Shown piece by piece: positions 58,017 through 64,000 of a stretch of DNA of 64,000 bases; the first letter of the stretch is position 1, and every line of letters begins with the position of its first letter. The notes under the pieces are model-generated. The model did not search any database. It worked only from the letters and a program-made list of their open reading frames with translations, and was not told the DNA's origin. A program made the position numbers and the translations under genes. Source of the stretch: Alphaproteobacteria bacterium (lineage in GTDB: Bacteria; Pseudomonadota; Alphaproteobacteria; MPNO01); the NCBI GenBank assembly GCA_963667285.1, contig OY763326.1:879068-943067 (forward strand), read 5' to 3'.

Positions 58017-59009
58017 TCAGCGCGTGATCATCTTGCGGATCTTCGCGTACTGCTCGGGCGCCAGTCGCTTCTTCATGACCGCCCAGCGCGATTCGTTGGC
58101 TACGTCCACCCATTTCTTCGCTTCGTCGGCGGGCAGGCCGATGAACTTCACGCCGCTTTTCTGCAACTTGGCCATCTCGGCCGCCTTCAGCTCCTTGCCC
58201 TTCGGAACCATGAAGCGTTCCATCTCGGCCTGTTCGTCGAGCATCAACTTCTGCGCGGCGGCGGACAGCTTGTTCCACTTGCCGCGGTTGATGAAGCTGA
58301 ACACCGTGTGCGCCGGCCAGAACGCGTCGGCCATCGCGCAGCAGATGACTTCGTGAATGCCGATATTCGTTGCCGCCAGCGGAAACGGCGCCGCCTGCAC
58401 GACGCCGCGCTCGAGCCCGGGATAGATCTCGGAAATCTTCATGTGGATCGGCGACGCGCCGATCGCCTTCATGAAGGGATCGTAACCCGAGTGGGACCGG
58501 ATCTTGACGTTCTTCAGATCCGCCATCCGGTTGATCGGCTTCTTGGAGAAAATATGGAAACCCACATCGGTCGCGGTGCGTCCCATGACCTTGATGCCGA
58601 TCTTCTTGTGCGCTTCGTCGAGAAGATCGATGTATCCGACCTCGCGCTCTTCCTTCGGCGATATCTCCGACATGCCCACGGTACCGATCTCCGGCACCAG
58701 CGCCTGATGGATGGTGAAGGTCATCACCATGTCGGAGATGCCCTTGCTCGTCGCGTTCATCTGGTCGCGCAGCGGGACGACCGACGGCCCGCCGATATAG
58801 TCGAGCTTGAGGACGCCCTTGCCGGCCTCGTTCACCCGCTCGATGAAGCGCCTGAACATCACCATGCTGGGGTAGTTTCGATCCGGCTGCGAGAATGTGA
58901 CGACGCGCAGCGTCGTCTCGGCCGCCGTGGCCGGGAGAGCGAAACAGACCGCCGCCGCCGCACATGCGGAAAGCGCCGCTATACGCATCGTGAGGTAAGC
59001 CGATTTCAT
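58017..59009 (-). CDS. dctP: TRAP transporter substrate-binding protein (DctP family)
   Basis: Start likely MKSAYLTMRIAALSACAAAAVCFALPATAAE (signal peptide). An alternative start lies at 59042. Confidence 0.75.
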   Translation of the reverse strand: MKSAYLTMRIAALSACAAAAVCFALPATAAETTLRVVTFSQPDRNYPSMVMFRRFIERVNEAGKGVLKLDYIGGPSVVPLRDQMNATSKGISDMVMTFTIHQALVPEIGTVGMSEISPKEEREVGYIDLLDEAHKKIGIKVMGRTATDVGFHIFSKKPINRMADLKNVKIRSHSGYDPFMKAIGASPIHMKISEIYPGLERGVVQAAPFPLAATNIGIHEVICCAMADAFWPAHTVFSFINRGKWNKLSAAAQKLMLDEQAEMERFMVPKGKELKAAEMAKLQKSGVKFIGLPADEAKKWVDVANESRWAVMKKRLAPEQYAKIRKMITR

Positions 59010-59235
59010 GGGTTTTCCTCCCCTGTAACGAGCCCCCGGCATTGCGCGAGGCGGTCGGGTGTCTGCTGCGAATGAACCGGTCGGCGCGCCCCGCCGTCGG
59101 CCTCACCGCGTATGCGGAGGGACGCGGCTCACTCCGCTGAGGAAGTCATGGTAGCGCCGATTCGCCGGCCGGAGCAAATTGCCGGTTATCCGGACGCGCG
59201 CGCCGCGCTCGATCCGGTTCGACCCATTCCCCGGG

Positions 59236-60387
59236 TCAATCGACCACGAAGAGCTCCCAGCCCGGATCGGTCGAGAGTATTTCGCAGCCGTGCTCGCGGA
59301 TGACCACGTGCTCTTCCGGGTTCACCAGCCCGTCCGGGCTCTCGATCTTGGGCTCCGGGGTGAGCGTCATGCCGACCTGGAGAACGGTCGGGTCGAACCG
59401 GTTGATCGACGGCGGTTCGGTCTCCAGTCCGATGCCGTGCCCGATGCGCTTCGCCGGGTGATCCGAATAGTTGACGAAATCGGTCCTGGCCAGCAGGGAC
59501 TGGGAATACTCGAAAATTTCCGACATGCCGGTTCCCGGGGTCATGCGGTCCATCACCTTGAACAGGATTTCCCACATACCGTCATGCTCGCGGCGCTGCC
59601 GGTCGCTCGGCGGGCCGAACACCGCCCGGCGGGTAAAATCCATGTGATAGCCCTCGAAATGGCAGCCGCCGTCGAGATAGAGCACGTCGCCCGCCTGAAA
59701 CGCGCCGCCGGGCCCGGTCGCGCCCAGCGCGGTCGGCGGTCCGGAATCCAGATCCGCCCCCTCCTCGAAGTAATAGGCGATGATGCGCTTCTGGATTTCG
59801 GCGGACGTGATGCCGGGGTGGAGCTCCTCGATGCAGCGTTTCCACGCCCGGCCGCCGATCGCACAAGCCTCGCGCTGCGCCTCGATCTCCCACTCCGACT
59901 TTATCATCCGGCAGCCCCAGACGACGGGACCGGACTCGACGAAACGGACGCCGGGCAGATCGTCCTGCAAGCGAATGAAATCGCCATGCGGGATACCGAG
60001 CCATGTCTCGCGCCCGAGCTCGATCCCGATCGTGGCATCCAGCAGCCCGCGATCCTCGAGGACGCCGCGTATGCCCCAGTCCACCCGTTGGTCGGTGTTG
60101 AACGGCACCTCGGGATAGATGCGGCGGTCCTCGACCCAGGATGGGTAAGGCCGGTCGTAGAGGCGCGCGAACATTCCCGGGCCCGACCAGCTTATGACCG
60201 CGGCCTCCCCCTCCAGGGGAAGGATGAAAATATTCGGCCGCTGCCTCATCCATGCCGGCGCCCGCTGACCGCTGAAATAGTAAAAGGTCGTCGGGTCGGT
60301 CACCACGAGACCGTCCATGCCGCGCTCGCTCATGAGCGAGCGCGCGTGTGTTTTCCGGGTTTCGTACTCGCTCGCCGGGACGGCCAT
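59236..60387 (-). CDS. M24-family metallopeptidase (creatinase/prolidase/ectoine-hydrolase-like)
   Basis: Pita-bread C-terminal domain with metal ligands (HGIGLETEPP, DGGCHFEGYHMDFTR). Creatinase-type N-terminal domain. 383 aa. Confidence 0.8.
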   Translation of the reverse strand: MAVPASEYETRKTHARSLMSERGMDGLVVTDPTTFYYFSGQRAPAWMRQRPNIFILPLEGEAAVISWSGPGMFARLYDRPYPSWVEDRRIYPEVPFNTDQRVDWGIRGVLEDRGLLDATIGIELGRETWLGIPHGDFIRLQDDLPGVRFVESGPVVWGCRMIKSEWEIEAQREACAIGGRAWKRCIEELHPGITSAEIQKRIIAYYFEEGADLDSGPPTALGATGPGGAFQAGDVLYLDGGCHFEGYHMDFTRRAVFGPPSDRQRREHDGMWEILFKVMDRMTPGTGMSEIFEYSQSLLARTDFVNYSDHPAKRIGHGIGLETEPPSINRFDPTVLQVGMTLTPEPKIESPDGLVNPEEHVVIREHGCEILSTDPGWELFVVD

Positions 60388-60518
60388 CGAACACCTCTTT
60401 GGAAATACCGGCTGTCGCGCAACAATGAGCTTATGCGACCGCCATCCCGGCTTCAACTCAGGACGCCACCGGTTCCCGCCTGTTGCCCGGACGGCGGCCC
60501 GATGATATGGGGTCGGTC

Positions 60519-61772
60519 ATGAAGACCGTGTTCAGCAACGCGAACGTCATCGACGGAAAGGGCGGCGCGTTCCACGGTTTCGTCGTGGTCGAGGGCAGGG
60601 AAATCGTTCGTGTCGGCCACGGCGAACCCCGCCTGTCCACCACCGGGTACGAGGTCGTGGACCTCGGAAACAAGTGCCTGCTGCCCGGGTTCTTCGACTG
60701 CCACGTCCATCTGCGCTCGGACGGGCTCGCCGATCCGCGCGCCCAGGTGCTGTCCGACACGGATGCGCTCTGCGCCTTGCGGTCCGCGCGCAATGCCAGG
60801 CGCACGATCGAAGCGGGGATCACCACGATACGGGATTGCGGGTCGACCAACTTCGTCGATTTCTCGGTGCGCCGGGCGGTGGAACAGGGGCTGGTTCCCG
60901 GCCCCCGCATGGTGCTGTCGGGCAAGATCATCTGCATGACCGGCGGTCACGGGTGGAACGTGGGGCAGCAGGCGGACGGTCCGGACGGGGTTCGCAGGGC
61001 GGCGCGCGAGCAGCTGCGCGCCGGGGCGGACAACGTCAAGCTGATCGCGACCGGCGGCATCCTCACGCCGGGCACCGAAATCGGCAGCGCCCAGCTCACC
61101 GTCGACGAGCTGCGCGCCGGTGTCGAAGAGGCGAAGAAGGCCGGCGCCATCTCGGCCGCGCACGCGCATGGCGCGACCGGCATAAGGAATGCGGTGCGGG
61201 CGGGCATCGACTCGATCGAGCATGGCTATTTCCTCGATGACGAGGGTATCGAGCTGATGCTCGAACGCGGCACCTATCTGGTGGCCACGTCGGCCGCGGT
61301 GAGGAATGTCGCGACGCGGGGCGTCGAGGACGGCTTGCTGCCCGATGTTCACAGAAAGGCCTGCGAGGCCGTCGACAGCCATATCGAGAGCTTCGGCAGG
61401 GCCTGGCGCGCCGGCGTCAAGCTGGCGATGGGAACCGATTCCGGCGTTCCCTTCACGCGCCACGGACGAAATCTCGAAGAACTCGCGCATCTGGTGGAGA
61501 TGGGTCTCGGCCCCATGGAGGCGATCCAGGTCTCGACGCTCGGCAGCGCGCGGCTGCTGCGGCTCGACGACCGTCTTGGCAGCATCGAGGAAGGCAAGCT
61601 GGCCGACCTGGTCGTGTGCGACGGAGATCCGCTGCGCGATATCGCGGTCCTTCAGGACAAGGACCGCATCGAGTGGGTGGTCAAGGACGGCGAGGTCGTG
61701 ATTCGCCGCGGCGGCGCCCGCGCCACCGGGGACGCACCGGCGTGCGACACATTCTCTCCAACGCCCGCATAA
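60519..61772 (+). CDS. Amidohydrolase-family metal-dependent hydrolase
   Basis: NANVIDGKGG start. FFDCHVHL metal ligands. Internal HAHGA/HG motif. 417 aa. Confidence 0.75.
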   Translation: MKTVFSNANVIDGKGGAFHGFVVVEGREIVRVGHGEPRLSTTGYEVVDLGNKCLLPGFFDCHVHLRSDGLADPRAQVLSDTDALCALRSARNARRTIEAGITTIRDCGSTNFVDFSVRRAVEQGLVPGPRMVLSGKIICMTGGHGWNVGQQADGPDGVRRAAREQLRAGADNVKLIATGGILTPGTEIGSAQLTVDELRAGVEEAKKAGAISAAHAHGATGIRNAVRAGIDSIEHGYFLDDEGIELMLERGTYLVATSAAVRNVATRGVEDGLLPDVHRKACEAVDSHIESFGRAWRAGVKLAMGTDSGVPFTRHGRNLEELAHLVEMGLGPMEAIQVSTLGSARLLRLDDRLGSIEEGKLADLVVCDGDPLRDIAVLQDKDRIEWVVKDGEVVIRRGGARATGDAPACDTFSPTPA

Positions 61773-62965
61773 TCGACGGCACCGGAGAGGTCCTCGCGGA
61801 CCGTTTCATCGTCGTCGAGGACCGGACGATCGCCGACATCGCTCCGATGTCCCGCTTCCCCGAAACGCCCGCGGGCGAGGTCTTGGACGTTTCCGGCCTC
61901 TCCGTGATGCCGGGGATGATCGACTGCCATGTGCATCTGTCCATCGACGGCGACGCCGACCCCATCGCCCAGGTGGTGGGCGACACCGCGGCGATGTCAG
62001 TCCTTCGCATGGCCCGCAACGCCGAGCGCACGATCTCCGCCGGCGTGACGACGGTGCGCGATCTGGGCGCCAGGGACCATATCGACATGTCCTTCCGGCG
62101 TGCCCTCGCCGAGGGCTTGCCGATGGCGGCGCCGCGGCTGGTCCTGAGCGGCCGGCCGGTCACCATGACGGGCGGCCATTGCTGGCAGTTCGGCCGTCAG
62201 GCCGACGGGGTCGACGACGCGAGGCGGGCGGCGCGGGAACAGATTCGCGCCGGCGCGGACTGCATCAAGCTCATGGCGACCGGCGGTATCCTGACCCAGG
62301 GCAACGAGATCGGCGCGGCGCAGCTCGAGGAAGCGGAGATGCGCGCCGCCATCGAGGAGGCCGACAAGGCGGGAAAGCTGAGCGCCGTCCACGCGCATGG
62401 CGCGTCGGGGATCAAGAACGGCATCCGGGCCGGCGTGCAGAGCGTCGAACATGCCTATTTTCTCGACGACGACGGCATCGACATGATGCTGAAGCGCGGC
62501 GTGTGGCTGGTCCCCACCGCGGCCGCGGTCGACCTCGTGGTGAAGAACGGGATCGGATCCGGGATACCGCCCGATGTGGTGGAGAAGGCCGGGTCCGCGG
62601 TGGAAAGCCAGCGCGCGTCCTGCGCCAGGGCGCTCAAATCCGGCGTCAGGATCGCGATGGGCACCGATGCGGGCACGCCCTACAACCGGCACGGCGAGAA
62701 TGCCCAGGAACTCGCCGCGCTCGTATCGCTCGGCATGACGCCCATGGATGCCATCCGCGCGACCACGATCCGGGGGGCGGAACTCCTCGGTCTGTCGGAC
62801 CGGCTGGGAACCGTGCAGGTCGGAAAGACGGCGGACATCCTGGTCGTCGACGGGGACCCGCTGGCGGATATATCCATCCTCCGCGCCCGCAAGCGCATCG
62901 CGATGGTGTTCCAGGACGGCGAAATCGTGGCGCGTCGCGGAGAGATCGTGGCGTCGGGATCCTGA
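61741..62965 (+). CDS. Amidohydrolase-family metal-dependent hydrolase (tandem paralog)
   Basis: Collinear with the upstream gene (NARIIDGTGE, MIDCHVHL, AVHAHGASG). GTG start inferred. Overlaps the 3' end of the upstream paralog by about 30 bp in another frame. Confidence 0.7.
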
Positions 62966-63046
62966 CCCGGGCCGGTCTCGGCGAGGGCGACGGGCGTAAC
63001 GCTCCCACTTGAAACGGGTAGGCGCCAGGAGCCTTCGGCTTCGCCG

Positions 63047-64000
63047 TCAGCCGCCATCCACCAGCGGCATCACCCTGGAGGCGAAGGTCTCCAGCCCTTC
63101 CATCATCGGGTAGAAATGCACCAGCGGGCAGTCGATGCCGATCGATTCCAGGTAGCGCAGCCGATCGGCGATCTGGCGGGGCGTGCCGACCAGGCCGGCG
63201 CCGAGACCCTTGGCGGCGACCGCGGAGACCGGGTCGCGGCCGCCATACTCCTCGAGCTCCCGGACGCGCTCCTCGGCCTCGCCGGCGCTCTCGGTGCAGA
63301 TGACATGCGCGCTGACGCCGTAGGACAGCGACCGGCCGCACTCCACGGCCCGCCGGTCGAGCTCGTCGATGTCGCGGGCGAAGTTGGCCAGGTTGGCGTC
63401 GGCGTTGGCATAGCCCGGATCGTAGGCGACGAACCACGCGTCGCAGGCCCGCGCCACCACCTCCCTGCCCGCCTCGGAGCGGCTGGCGGCATAGATCGGC
63501 GGGTTGGGAAGCTGGACCGGCCTGATCGGCAGCCGCCCCGACTCGCAGCGGTAGAACTCGCCCTCCAGGGTGAAAGTCTCCTCGGTCCAGAGCCCCTTCA
63601 TCACGTCGACGAACTCCCCCATCCGGCGGTAGCGGGCGTCCGACTGGTCGAGCCAGCCGCCGTTGCCGAAGACGTCGAACTCTTCCTCGTACCAGCCGTT
63701 GACGACGTTGACCGCGAACCGCCCGCCGCTGATGCGGTCGAGCGAGGCCCCCATCTTGGCGGCAAGCTGGGGCGGGACGATGCCGGGGTGGACCGCGCAC
63801 ATAAGCTCGATCCGCCGCGTATGCGCGATCAGTGCGGAAGTCAGCATCCAGGCCTCGAGATCGGGGCCCAGATGGCGCTCGGCGATCAGCGTGGTCTCGA
63901 AGCCCAGCGCCTCGGCGCGCCTGACGACATCGACCGCTATGCGGAACGACTTGTCGACATCGCCGCCGGCGCCGGGCGTGCGCAGATCGGAAACCGCGTC
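63047..64000 (-). CDS. LLM-class flavin-dependent oxidoreductase (N-terminus beyond the window end)
   Basis: Luciferase-like TIM-barrel pattern. The reading frame stays open to the window edge (AEALGFETTLIAERHLGPDLEAW) upstream of the first listed Met. Confidence 0.7.
   Translation of the reverse strand, partial: DAVSDLRTPGAGGDVDKSFRIAVDVVRRAEALGFETTLIAERHLGPDLEAWMLTSALIAHTRRIELMCAVHPGIVPPQLAAKMGASLDRISGGRFAVNVVNGWYEEEFDVFGNGGWLDQSDARYRRMGEFVDVMKGLWTEETFTLEGEFYRCESGRLPIRPVQLPNPPIYAASRSEAGREVVARACDAWFVAYDPGYANADANLANFARDIDELDRRAVECGRSLSYGVSAHVICTESAGEAEERVRELEEYGGRDPVSAVAAKGLGAGLVGTPRQIADRLRYLESIGIDCPLVHFYPMMEGLETFASRVMPLVDGG

Noticed and set aside
1-64000. CRISPR arrays, tRNA/rRNA genes, integrase/att sites, toxin-antitoxin or defence-system signatures
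   Set aside because: No short regularly spaced direct repeats, no cloverleaf-like conserved tRNA blocks and no nuclease/ATPase defence domains were seen. The window reads as metabolic and transport genes plus one IS.

Overview
This is a high-GC (about two-thirds G+C or more by eye) proteobacterial-type window with no rRNA, tRNA or CRISPR. It is dominated by accessory and catabolic genes rather than core housekeeping. Only gltBD, and possibly a BCAT, look like housekeeping genes.

The main contents, left to right, are:
- A partial IS21-family insertion sequence at the left edge (istA C-terminus plus istB, about 1-1895).
- Four separate TRAP transporters (DctP/Q/M triplets at 3039-6103 +, 10710-13707 -, 42822-45738 - and 56105-59009 -), each next to different enzymes.
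- A periplasmic trio: a Tat-exported amidohydrolase-2, a small His/Met/Trp-rich secreted protein, and a di-heme cytochrome c peroxidase / MauG-like protein.
- An orphan UbiD-family decarboxylase converging on a TRAP system and an ATZ/TRZ-type amidohydrolase.
- A hydantoinase A/B pair followed by a lone Rieske oxygenase alpha subunit and an NAD-dependent epimerase.
- A LysR-headed plus-strand cluster: an alpha/beta hydrolase, a luciferase-like monooxygenase, a 2Fe-2S ferredoxin, a cupin with a C-terminal Cys4 ribbon (3-hydroxyanthranilate-dioxygenase-like), a NitT/TauT-type ABC importer, a GNSGG-hydrolase-like protein and a DUF1989 protein.
- A long minus-strand cluster (about 35.4-45.7 kb): TRAP, two Rieske dioxygenase alpha/beta pairs, an SDR dehydrogenase, two more HAAO-like cupins, and a paralogous GNSGG hydrolase.
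- A tandem EthD-like protein and a LigB-type extradiol dioxygenase, then gltD and gltB.
- An M24 peptidase, a TRAP system, an ornithine-cyclodeaminase-family protein and a class IV aminotransferase, reminiscent of ectoine or cyclic imino-acid catabolism, with two tandem amidohydrolases and a partial LLM oxidoreductase at the right edge.

Several modules are duplicated within the window: HAAO-like cupins x3, GNSGG hydrolase x2, a DUF1989 protein plus a truncated remnant, BNR/Asp-box proteins x2, LLM x2 and amidohydrolases x2. Many long ORFs in the six-frame track are GC-rich antisense artefacts and were not called. All functional assignments rest on motif and family recognition by eye. No database search was possible.
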